From Bugula neritina (taxonomy: Eukaryota; Animalia; Bryozoa): DNA of 64,000 bases. Position 1 is the first letter of the stretch. Each line of letters opens with the position of its first letter. The notes under the pieces are model-generated. The model saw only the letters and a program-made list of their open reading frames with translations. It did not search any database and was not told the DNA's origin. Below, piece after piece: positions 1 through 53,988 of the stretch. The translations under genes were made by a program, and so were the position numbers. The stretch is from contig OZ037767.1 in the NCBI GenBank assembly GCA_964035545.1, forward strand, positions 32,070,628-32,134,627, in the 5' to 3' direction.

Positions 1-602
1 GCGTGCCAGTGTTAGCATGATTATACCAAGCACTAATCCAGGGCTAATCCAGTGTAATTCATGACAGATAATGTTGATGTTAATCCGTGGTGTTAGCTGG
101 TGTTTATGGTAATGGGGGGATATAGGGGGTATAATCTCCTATGTGTTGTACACTGCACCTCTAATACTCTATTAAGTAGTGGAGTACACAGTCACTGAGT
201 AAGCTGTCACTGAGTAGCCCTTGATCTTGATTGAAAGTAAGCCGTGGGAATTGATGTCTTTACTTCAGCTGTTGGGTTATTGTAGTTATCTTAGTACAGG
301 CTAAAATATCATCAAACATTTAGCAGTTTTTACTCACCACACCAACATCTTCTATTAGAAAACTGCACAGTTGTACCAAATTACCATCAAACTTATGAAA
401 CAGTGGATTGGCTTTGCCTAAATAGCTTTTTAAGGGAAATAATGACTACGAGGTGATGATATATTCAATTAAAACAACTGAATCACCCACAGGTATTTAT
501 AGCACCAGAAATCAAGCTATAACAATGGAGAAAAGCCATTTGTGGCACCAGGAAACTAGTCGGAGCATTGGAGAAGAATGTTACCAAATAGGCAGTACTT
601 AC

Positions 603-2019
603 GTCTTCCACTGTTATCACATATCATTCGCTCCTCCGTGGCTTGTTGAACTCTGTTCACAGGTTGCTAAGAAAAAAGGAAAGAAACCATGTCATTGGAA
701 TGCATATTATACACAGTACAACGGTTTCATAGCAGATATCTGCTGCGTTTTTCTATTTCTGTTTCCTGAAACAGAATACATTTCTATGCTAAATTATGTT
801 CTCATAGCTACTCACATTTATTCTTGTTTGTGTGATGACTCCTCCATTTCCTAATCCAGCTCCTTGTCCTAATCCAGCCCCTTGTCTTATACCAGCCCCT
901 TGTCCTAATCCAGCCCCTTGTCCTAATCCAGCTCCCTGTCTTATACCAACCCCCTGTCCTAGTGCTGCATCTTGTTTGACTCCATTTCCTTTTTTCTTAG
1001 CTCCACCTTTTCCTGTGCCTTTATTTCCTCCTCTTGGAGCTGCTACTTTTTGTACTACTGGAGGACTGACAACCCTGTTGCTCCCTTGTTGGGCCCCTGT
1101 GTTTTGTACAATAGGAAGGCTGGCAGCTCTGTTGCTCCCTTGTTGGGCCCCTGTGTTTTGTACAATAGGAAGGCTGGCAGCTCTGTTGCTCCCTTGTTGG
1201 GCCCCTGTGTTTTGTACAATAGGAAGACTGGCAGCCCTGTTGCTCCCTTGTTGGTTTCCTCGGTTTGCTCTGCTGCGGCCATTATTTGATCCTCTACCTC
1301 CATTACTAGTTCCAGCCCCTCCGCCTGCGTTGGTAAATCCACCACCACCATTGTTGAATCCACCACCACCATTGTTGGAGACCACCACACCGTCTCCATT
1401 GGTTGTGTCAAACTGAAATTCGTTATCAAAGTTTGTGTTGGTGCTGCCATCTCCCCTGTTGGCCAGGTTTTGTATATTAGGAGCAGCAATTCCCAGCGGG
1501 AACCTCTGATTCACGTTATTGAATAGAACATTGAGTGTTCTCTGAGCGTCTGCTAGCTGCTTCTCTCTCTGCCTTCTCTCTTCCTCTTCTTTTCTAGCTT
1601 GAGCTTCTGCCTTCTCACGCTTTCTTCTTTCCCTGTCTAGCTTCTTTTGCTCAGCTGGAGATATTGGCTGAGGATTGAAAAAGTTGTCATTCTGAAATCC
1701 CTGAAATCCCCCATTGTTATTGGGCTGGAATCCCTGGATTCCTTGGTCATCAGCAAAAGGGGATTCCCCGAAGTTGGGGTCATTGAAGTCATCTGGAAAG
1801 TCATTGAATTGCCCAAAATCGTTCGTTTGACTTCTAAAATTTGAAAGCATAAATTAAAATCTTGTTGAATTGCATCTTAAAAATATTTTATATTGTTTAT
1901 TATTGCAAAAGTTTTATGCTAAAAATGAATAAATGTTTGACTAGTTTTACTTGATATACTTACTGGGCCAATGCAATGACCACAAGTAGTAGAAACAAGA
2001 TTGTTACGGACTTGCACAT
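603..2019 (-). CDS. Secreted low-complexity Gly/Asn/Gln-rich repetitive protein; coding exons 2019-1964, 1833-816, 666-603; further 3' exons near 250-520 unresolved
   Basis: Exon 2019-1964 encodes signal peptide MCKSVTILFLLLVVIALA followed by CA|gtaagt. It joins in phase 2 via ttttag|A to the 789..1850 ORF (QSQTNDFGQFNDFP...). That exon ends RIN|gtgagt at 816, and the next exon (cttag|CAACCT...AGAC|gtaagt) reads QPVNRVQQATEERMICDNSGR. Confidence 0.75.
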
Positions 2020-2261
2020 CTTCAGCTACTACTCTACCCTGTGTAGATATAATAATGTATATATTGGTGTGATATATTGGTGTGTATTCACCAAGTTTTG
2101 TGTCACAATAGGAATCTGCAGTAATTGGCAAACATTTCTCAAGTTTATTTTTATTATTTGCGCAGCTCTTGAATTTTATTATTCAAAAAGTTGGAAACTG
2201 CGATGATATTAAATAATGAAAAAAATGATATTGTATGAAGCTGAGATGTATAGTAACTAAC

Positions 2262-2330
2262 CTCTGTAGTAACTGGTCCAGTGTTGGTATACAAATGCAA
2301 GGGTTGGTTAGGTAGTATCTTCTTTATATT
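2262..2330 (-). promoter_or_regulatory. Putative TATA box and non-coding first exon of the secreted-protein gene
   Basis: TATAAA on minus strand at 2328-2323, a CAGAG|gttagt donor at about 2262, and a cacag acceptor at about 2040 just upstream of the ATG. Confidence 0.4.
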
Positions 2331-2699
2331 CTCCTATCAACATAAATCAGGATTTAATGCCTTACACCAGTTAGTGTTTAGGGCTCAGCTGATTAATTAG
2401 TTAATCCCAATTTCATGAGTTAATGCCAGAGCCATTACTGCCTTTGGAGCAAATCCACTATATCTTTAATTGTGATAACAGAGAAAACACGCAATGCCAA
2501 GTCTATTCATTTAGATATATTACAAAGAGATACGCCACAGCTTGCTTCTAATGGCAGGTTTCACCTGAAAGAGGGTTGTTTCTAGTAATGAAAGGTTGTT
2601 AGGAGGAAGGAGAGGGGTTTGAAAAGAAGAAATTATGCCTAATTTTTTGTCGATACTAAAATGCAAAACCTTTCCCCAAGCGAATGTTTAAATTATTTG

Positions 2700-3285
2700 T
2701 GTTGTAGTAGATGTGGTACTGTAGTAGATGTGGTACTGTAGTAGACGTGGTACTGTAGTAGATGTGGTGCTGTAGTAGACGTGGTGCTGTAGTAGACGTG
2801 GTACTGTAGTAGATGTGGTACTGCAGTAGATGTGGTACTGTAGTAGATGTGGTGCTGTAGTAGATGTGGTACTGTAGTAGAAGTGGTACTGTAGTAGATG
2901 TGGTACTGTAGTAGATGTGGTACTGTAGTAGATGTGATGCTGTAGTAGACGTGGTGCTGTAGTAGATGTGGTACTCTAGTAGATGTGGTGCTGTAGTAGA
3001 TGTGGTACTGTAGTAGATGTGGTACTGTAGTAGACGTGGTACTGTAGTAGAAGTGGTACTGTAGTAGAAGTGGTACTGTAGTAGAAGTGGTACTGTAGTG
3101 TATGTGGTACTGTAGTAGATGTGGTACTGTAGTAGATGTGGTAATGTAGTAGAAGTGGTACTGTAGTAGAAGTGGTACTGCAGTAGATGTGGTACTGTAG
3201 TAGATGTTGTAATGTAGTAGACGTGGTACTGTAGTACAAGTGGTACTGTAGTAGATGTGGTACTGTAGTAGATGTGGCAGTGTAG
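2700..3285. repeat. 17-bp minisatellite GTAGTAGATGTGGTACT in the divergent intergenic region
   Basis: Direct tandem repetition, about 34 degenerate copies. Confidence 0.95.
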
Positions 3286-3673
3286 AAGTGAAACAGAATA
3301 TCAAGAAATATGTCTGGTAACAGAACCAATGAGGATAGATTCTTTCATGAACAATACTGTTACCATAATACTGCTCACAATACTGCACACAATGCAAGCA
3401 ATCTCCCATTGATATTGATTTTTGCAAAACCTATATTATCTGTTATTTCTGGTTATTGATCATACGGCACATCTCTGATTATTTGTTGGAATCCGAATAA
3501 TTTGGTTGTTTTGTCTTCTTCTTTGTTTGTGTTTCCACTGGGTTGTGTTTATTGATTGTTCCCCCTGTGGTATTGATCTTCTTCCCCCTGTGGTATTGAT
3601 CTTCTTCCCAAACCATTTCATGCCAGACGACGGTGCTTTGCGGTACCTAAAATTCAACTACAGAGGTCTGAAG

Positions 3674-46119
<42,446 letters not shown>

Positions 46120-46927
46120 ACTGTGTCCCTTGTGCATACAGACTGCTCTACTATGACTATACATGTAATCACTTCACTATCTACCTGCTCATAAACCTTA
46201 TGTTTAGTTTAGCATTATCATAGTTTCCGGTTTTCAATGTATACAAGATAATCACTTTGGTAAAATGATTTTATAACTAAATGCTTGTAAACTTAAAACA
46301 AATGAAAAAAAAAATTGTTTTTAAAAACTCTAAATGCTTTCGATATATATTTCTGTGTGATTTTGACAACGCGTTCAACAAATTGTTTGGACAATAAAAT
46401 TCTGATATATATTATTATTTAAAAACCAGTTTACTATCTAATAGAATGAATGTTGTATGAAGTGTTGCAGGTTTCACTTGTTCAGAGATACACAACTCCA
46501 ACTGCTGACACTAAATATATATTTACAAAGAAGACTGAAATTTCAATGTGATAAAAGAAGACTGTACTGTACTATACTGAAACTTGAATATAAGAGATAC
46601 AAATCTATGCAGAATATAAAAACAAGAGAAGCCAACTCTAACTACTCTCTGATACTTATAGTCATAAGTGTGGAGTAGTGGAAATGCAAATATAAAATAT
46701 ATAATAATTAAATAAAACATTAAAATATTATTTGTAAAAATGCAAGCACTTAAATGCACAACTCTACCTGAGCTAATAAAAATTAGACTAATATAATATT
46801 ACTGCTAAGAGATTAAGGACAACTTGTGTTTGTTAGAAAAATAAAATTAACCGAAAAGTCTCATACGTTTGGTAAATATCCAGAACTACCGTCACAAGAA
46901 TAGCTGTCAGTATTTATAGCATAGTTC

Positions 46928-48938
46928 TCATACTCCAACTACTGACTCATAGGACGGGGGCGGTCCCAGGTCCCCCGTAGCAACAACTGGAGGAGCACTA
47001 GGCTGGACACTCTGTAATACAAACCAATATAACTTGCTTAGCGGTTGGAGAAACGCTGGCTACCTTTGACTACCGGCAACTATTAGTCACTACCAGTTAC
47101 CATTAGTCACTATTAGTTACTATTAGTCACTATCAGTTACTATTAGTCACTAGCAGTTACTATTAGTCACTATCAGTTACTATTAGTCACTATCAGTTAC
47201 TATTAGTCACTATTAATTATTATTAGTCACTATCAGTTACTATTAGTCACTATCAGTTACTATTAGTCACTATTAGTTATTATTAGTCACTATCAGTTAC
47301 TATTAGTCACTATCAGTTACTATTAGTCACTATTAGTTATTATTAGTCACTATCAGTTACTATTAGTCACTACCAGTTACTATTAGTAACTGGTAGTTAC
47401 CATTAGTAATTACTTGTACCTCATAACTTATGAGAAACAAATTACCTGCCGCGGTGAAGATGCTGTGGGTGCTGCCACCTGGTAGCGATATGAGTACGGA
47501 TCTGGTCGAGCATATCTCGATTCTCTCTCAGCGTCTGCAATATGACAAGTCTGACATATATATGACAAGTCGGGTATATATATGACAAGTCTGGTATACA
47601 TATATATGACAAGTCTGGTATATATATGATCTCGTAGACTAAGTATCATTAGACTAGCTACTAGTAAATAATAATGCAGTGTGAAGTTACCTCCCCTGCT
47701 AACAGCTTGTCGTCTGCATTGAGCACAGCGAGCCACTCCAACTGCAGCTCCAACAATCACAACGATCCCGAGTGGTATGATAGTACCAATTCTACAAGAC
47801 ATGTACTCTACAGGATATGAACAACCTGATTACATAACATCCATGAATTGCGTAAGTTTTATGAATATTTCAGTATCCAAAACAACTGTTGTGTATGACT
47901 TACACAGCAGAAACTGTAACGCGAGTGGCTACAGTGTTAGGGGGAACGACTCCTGGTGTTGTAGTAATGACCCACCATGGTAGTTGACTAGTGGAGGTGG
48001 AACTAAGAGTAGTGGTGGTGTTGCTAACCGCAGCGTTACCTTCTCCACAACTGTAGGTCGGTATTGCATTGGCATCATACCAAACAGAGCATGTCTCGTC
48101 ATCTGTGTAGGTTATACATTTCAGCACAACCTTGCCAGACAAATAAGTACACTCATAGGTCTTTGGGCTCACGGAGAGTGCTACTACAACAACCAGTACA
48201 AATATCAAAGATAAGTTACTAGCAAGTACCTAAATCAGTTTTCTAGAGCTTCAGATAGTGAAGAACCAAACAAACTATTCGTGCTCACAGATATATCAGG
48301 GGAAGAGCTAATGTTATTTAGCATTAGTGACAGGAGCTTTTGGGTGAAAGCTTCTTGGCAATAACCTGTTGACTGTTAGCTATCAATGTTATAGTATGAG
48401 TCAGTGCAGCTAAAGAAGTGAAGGAGAAAAGTTAGCTGTATTCACTTCTCTTATTGTTTTTTCTTTTGTATGAAAATGTACATAACTTTCCCTTTATTGA
48501 CAAAATAATTGTAAGTATTATATATGTTATTTTTTATTTTTATATGTGTGAAAGTTCTCTAAACTATAGCGTAAATTAAACCAGATTATTTATACTTTTA
48601 GGTTACAGTTTCATATATGAAACTGTAGACTGTTGACAATAACCAATAATTTGAGTGTCCATGCAGCATCTGTGCTCAAAGTATAGACATCCATACCATA
48701 CTGATACAGCATCTTGCTGATACAGTGTAAGTGTCAATTGTAAACAAATTTATAACCATGATACAGGGTATGCATATCACTATGAGTATAAGTATTACTT
48801 TTAGCTAAGTTTAGTTTACTTACCCTGATTGATGTGTAGTGTAATAATGAAAAGGAAGAACAAGGTTTTCCATCCCCTTTGTTTGTTATTTAGTGATTTC
48901 AGATAAACGTTGAAATATCCATAAAGGTGATTTTGCAT
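46928..48938 (-). CDS. Small type I membrane protein: Cys-rich ectodomain, one TM helix, Pro/Tyr-rich tail with PSAP and PPSY (Shisa-like/WBP1/VOPP1-type architecture); exons 48938-48824 (tentative), 48183-48040, 47825-47691, 47534-47446, 47011-46928
   Basis: Phase-consistent splicing gives ...WKTLFFLFIITLHINQVALS VSPKTYECTYLSGKVVLKC...CSVW...SCGEGCSYPVEYMSCRIG TIIPLGIVVIVGAAVGVA RCAQCRRQ...SVQPSAPPVVATGDLGPPPSYESVVGV*. The start exon is the least certain part. Confidence 0.75.
47080..47410. repeat. 20-bp intronic minisatellite TATTAGTCACTATCAGTTAC
   Basis: Direct reading. Confidence 0.93.
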
Positions 48939-49789
48939 ACCTTGTAAAATGGAAAATATCCCAAGTACGTAGTGTCAATCACTCAAAGTCAATGTAGTCA
49001 GTAACTGTAAGTTGATCAGTAACTATAAGTATAAGCAACAGTTACTGTCAGTGTGAGTGTCACTGTCAGTACTTAAAAGTGTAACTTGAGGCTAAAATTT
49101 AAATTTAAAGTTCGATAGTAATCGAGGCTAATAGTAATACTATTAGTATTACTAATAGTAATAGACACTCACACAGTAATACTAATACCAATAGTAATAG
49201 TTATACTTATAGTATAACTGTATAAGTATTACTAGTACTAGGTCTAGTGGACTACAATTACAAATAGTTTGACTGGTGCGTTTGTTATGCGACTAGGCTG
49301 TAGCAGTGACACTGACAGTCAGAAGTTTTCGATTTCTCCAAGTCTATGAATATCAATATGAGGTAAAAATTATAACCAGCTTTGCCAAAATAGAAGGAAA
49401 TACTGAGAGTAATAGTTACATAGTTACGTCAGGCATGGCAATGTTGCGGAGTATTGAGAACTTTGGTCTACATTTTTATTACTGGGTGGTACAAAAAGCC
49501 GCTCTAACAGCATGTGAATATGAAATGGGTTCTAATACTAGTTAAAATCAATGAACTCAATAATTATTAACTGGAATGGGTACGATTGTACTTTGTAATG
49601 TAACCTCGTTGCCGATTGGCTTTGTGAGCCCGAGCATGCTCTTTTTCTAGCGGGAGAAAATAGAGCCGGTCGTCCATCATTTCGATTGAGTGAATCTCAC
49701 TTTTAAACTTTGTTTTTTGTCCTGCTTTATATCTGAAGCGACTATATTTTTATTTAATTGTGTTTTCTATCACCTCTACTTCGTTAAAC

Positions 49790-50540
49790 ATGTCAAATTC
49801 TCCGTATCCTAAGCAAACTAAGGGTCAAAGAAGCAAGACCACTGAGTCTCAGTGTTATGCATACAATTGCCGCAACTACCAGTACAGCAGTTACATGGAG
49901 ACAAAAAAAATCTCTTTTCACAAGTAAGTATATGGCTTTAGTTACAACAATCAGTAAAAGTAATACATGAACTAGCGCAACAGTAGGCTTAATAGTTGTG
50001 GTAGCGGTGCTGCTGCCTACTAGTAGTACTAGTAGTAGTGCTAGTAGTACTAGTACTCTACTACTAGTACTAGTACTACTACTGTCTACTACTACTAGTA
50101 GTAGTAGTAGTAGTAATACTAATACTAATAGCTAAGGCTAATGGCTAATGTTATACTTACAGTATCAGTATGATGGTACTACTACTACTACTAGCCTACT
50201 GCTACTACTACTACTAGCCTACTAGTACTACTACTACTAGCCTACTGCTACTACTAGTACTAGCCTACTGCTACTACTACTACTAGCCTACTGCTACTAC
50301 TAGCCTACTGCTACTACTACTACTAGCCTACTGCTACTACTAGCCTACTGCTACTACTACTACTAGCCTACTGCTACTACCACTACTAGCCTACTGCTAC
50401 TACTACTACTAGCCTACTGCTACTACCACTACTACCACTACTAGCCTACTGCTACTACTACTACTACTAGCCTACTGCTACTACTACTACTACTACTAGC
50501 CTACTAGCCTACTGCTACTACTACTACTACTACTACTAGC

Positions 50541-50579
<39 letters not shown>

Positions 50580-51960
50580 GCCTACTGCTACTACTACTAC
50601 TAGCCTACTACTACTACTAGCCTACTGCTACTACTACTACTAGCCTACTGCTACTACTACTACTAGCCTACTGCTACTACTACTACTAGCCTACTACTAC
50701 TACTAGCCTACTGCTACTACTACTACTAGCCTACTGCTACTACTACTACTACTAGCCTACTGCTACTACTACTACTAGTAGAGCGCTACTTTGGCAATGC
50801 AGTTATGATTGAGTGTTGAACTAATATCTTTATTGTGTCATCTACTCAGGTGTCTCTTGCTACCCAGTTGCTGTCAGCTTCAGTGGCTGACTCACTAGAT
50901 ACGCTGAAACAGTTGGGACTCTCTAAATTCCAGCAGTGTGATGCTACCATCAACTTCATTAGGGTTTGTTACAGCTTTTGGTTTTATTTCTTTAAAATAC
51001 TGTAACTGCAATCGTCCCATGTTCTGCTGATATTACTTTTTCTGTAGCGAGTTGATCGGTTGTTTGACATCCTGAATAGTCGATCAGCAATAGCTAAAGG
51101 CTACAAGCAGCCTTTACATCTAAATGGTATCAGTGTCATCACTCCTTTTCTGAAAGATACACGGCAATATTTGCTAGGCCTAAAGAATAATGAAGGGATA
51201 CCTCTGTACAAGACCAAAAGGTAAATCTCCTATTACCATAGAAAGTGTTACTTGCTTATATTTCAGATCTAATATGTGCCTGTCCCTATTTGTGTTATTT
51301 GCAGACATGTTTGTATTACTGGACTTGTATGTGCCATTGACACAGTATTTGGGTTGGTGGAGAAACTGTTGGTGCTCGACTATCTGCTAATGTATAAATT
51401 TTCGCAAGACCATTTAGAGCTATGCATGAAGCCCAGTCTGCATGCACTTATGTTAACATGTTCATTTGTTCTCTTACTCTCTTATCTCTTTCCTTCAGGT
51501 GTTCGGTTTTTCACTTTGCTTTGATAGGGGCAACTAAGATGGTCGGTTGGACCAACTGTGTTGAAAAGTGAATTTTTTTGCTTGAGCTTAGCGGTTAAAA
51601 TGCATGCAATATGAAGTATATTTTATTAACTTTTGAATACCAAGAGACAAAGATAATGAATTTTCAAAAATTTCCAAAACTGTGGTGTCAAAGCAATTGT
51701 GCATTTTTTAATTAAATGACTTTTTTGGCTTAATTGCATGCAAGGTTTTGCTTGTGTTCTAAAAAACATCATTTTTTCTGGGTAAACATAATCCAATCAT
51801 TAATTGTGAACAGGCAATTGATGTCCAAGCATTTTTTTAATATCTGTTCTAGGTGGATGGAATAATAACGCATCTGTAACTGGCTTTCAGTCTATCTTTA
51901 GAAAATTGGTGACCCGATGTGGTGTACATCCAGGCAACTCAGGAAATTCTAAGCCATTAG
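49790..51960 (+). pseudogene. P-element/THAP9-like transposase remnant (exons about 49790-49923, 50850-50963, 51048-51220, 51305-51419, 51853-51960)
   Basis: THAP start CYAYNCRN...ISFH|gtaagt; VSLATQLLSASVADSL...ATINFIRRVDRLFDILNSR; YLLMYKFSQDHLE; GGWNNN...FRKL...GNS. The rest of THAP and the N-terminal catalytic region are absent, and the exon phases across the gap do not match. Confidence 0.88.
50170..50778. repeat. (CTA)n/CTAGCCTACTG repeat inside the transposon intron
   Basis: Direct reading. Confidence 0.95.
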
Positions 51961-53988
51961 ATAGCACAACTGCTATTCATGGAGACATCATTAGGCATCG
52001 AAAATCATCATTTCTCCCTTTTAAATTTACTCATTGAAGTATATTATGACTTATTTCAGCACCACATTGCTAAACTAACAAATATTGCTATGCACAAACT
52101 AAATTTCAGGCAATGTAGCAACAAAAGTGTACTGTTTACGGCCAGTAATAAGGATGTGGGTAATTAATCGTTTAGAAGTTATTACAACAGTATTTATATT
52201 ATAACATTAGATGATAACAAATATTGTTATTGCAATATAATATTATTTTTTGTTTATTCTGTAATTCTATTTTAATCACTTATTGCTTTCAGATTAGCAC
52301 TTGAAAACAGAATTTAAAACTTTGAAAGGTTTAAGGAAATCTGTTACTTGCCTGTGTTGTAAAGCTGTGTCTTACCACCGGTTTTTTTATATTATTTATA
52401 AACTTTTATACTTGTTATCCTTACTGCCAGTGTTCATGTACTAAGGCTGAAATTTGCTTTGCTGTTGCTTTTCATTTAATTTTGACTAATGTGTTGATCT
52501 AATCAATAAATATGTAATGCATTTGTTAGGTTATTAAAGTTATTATCATATGTACTTGAGGTACATGCTTCATAAAATGATAATTAGTCATGAAATTACA
52601 AATACCAAAAGTAAAATAAACAAAATAATTGGTTCCTGCTTCACATTGCTGAATTTTCATTATTTTTTAGCATTTACCTCAATTTATAAGCTCTAATAGC
52701 TTGCATTTATAATGGATTTTACTACTACTGCGTGCAAAACAAGTAGGCGTGGTTAAGTTTTCCATGTTAAGGCGGAGCTAAATTATTTGGCCACGCTAAA
52801 ACGTCCTTGGCCTCTCCAGGTCTATTCCAGCTCAGTGGTTAAAATGAGCAACAAATTGCACAACCTGTTGCACACTTGCACTCATTGATGAAATGAGGAT
52901 GTTAGATCTTCATCTTGGCATTCCAATAAACTAGCACATGTTGATGATGGAGCTTGTGGTCGTTACCCAACATTTATTATTATTATCACATCAGCAATAT
53001 TATGGTTAGGACTGGCCTTTTACATTTCAACTAAGGATGAAATCTTCCATAAACAACAAAAAATAATGTTAAATTTAAAATGCTAACATGATGTCCATCC
53101 ACATCTGGCTTCAGTAGTGAAAAAAAATTTAATGGTCCAAGTTCTGCTATTTTCCTTACTGACATCTTTTGATTTGTAGCGTCTATTAATAAAAGCATTA
53201 TAACGTAGAGTGGAATTTTAATTCAATTTGAAACTTTCAGTTTATTGTAAAATCAATTAGCAGCAAAATATTTTTGTATAAGAAGTTGTCTTTACCCACA
53301 TAGGTAGTTAAAGAGAATGCAACTCTAAAGTGTAATGCAATAGTCAACAATTTCGTGCCTTCACAGTTGTGTAGACATGTAGTGTAACAAGAAAAGTCCT
53401 TTTGCTTAGAAGTATTGATAATACAATGTATGAAAGGAATATACACATTGTAAAGCTACGGTTGCTGTGGCAACGCCGTTCAGTCAATAATCAACAAAAA
53501 TCAATTAAAGGCCAATAATTAAAAATTATTTATTACTTGCAAAAACAGCAAACATTTATCACTAGATCAAATAGTAATATAGTGATGAAAAAGCATACAA
53601 ACTATAAACATTATCTCTCCTTAGAGTCCAATTAAACATTATACTTGGTAATAAAAGTGTAAAAACTATTATTATGCAGGAAGCTGAAATCAGCTTCAAC
53701 ACATGGAATGCTGCCAGGAAAATGTAAGCATATAATAAAATGTACACGTTGAGTGTTAGAAAGTAAGTTTCCCAGCAAAGTACTGACAACTCTGAGTATC
53801 GTTTTATCAAATTAATATATTTATTACAAAATATTACATCCAACTTGTCAGTATAGGCTATTGAATCTATAATTGCTTATTGTTTGAGGACCGAAGATGG
53901 TAAGAATGTATATAGCAGAGAGAGCTCACGTAGACAGACAGGGAATACAACTCCTGAGAGAGACACAATAAGCAGACAAACAGACAGA

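Larger units (their letters stand above)
49549..52837 (+). mobile_element. P-superfamily (THAP9-like) DNA transposon, internally deleted, non-autonomous
   Basis: Identical 8-bp flanks GTTAAAAT at 49541-49548 and 52838-52845. Imperfect terminal inverted repeats CAATGAACT[15-nt insert]GGAATGG versus reverse complement CACTGAGCTGGAATAG. Transposase exons lie inside. Confidence 0.85.

Noticed and set aside
832-1416. Pro/Cys-rich plus-strand ORF
   Set aside because: Antisense shadow of the Gly-rich minus-strand exon, which has the signal-peptide exon and splice sites.
2693-3427. Long ORFs such as 2693..3427, 17149..17890, 18431..19117, 21873..22556, 27016..27551, 33727..34317 and 54725..55108
   Set aside because: They are translations of minisatellites or microsatellites lacking stops and lie in introns or intergenic repeats.
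47900-48039. Thr-rich C-terminal half of ORF 47900..48208 as a mucin stalk
   Set aside because: A G|gtaacg donor at 48040 joins in phase to the TM exon; read-through hits a stop before any TM helix. A secreted isoform cannot be excluded.
49790-51960. Domesticated THAP9 host gene
   Set aside because: Large parts of the protein are missing, phases do not join, and it is flanked by TIR-like ends and a TSD.
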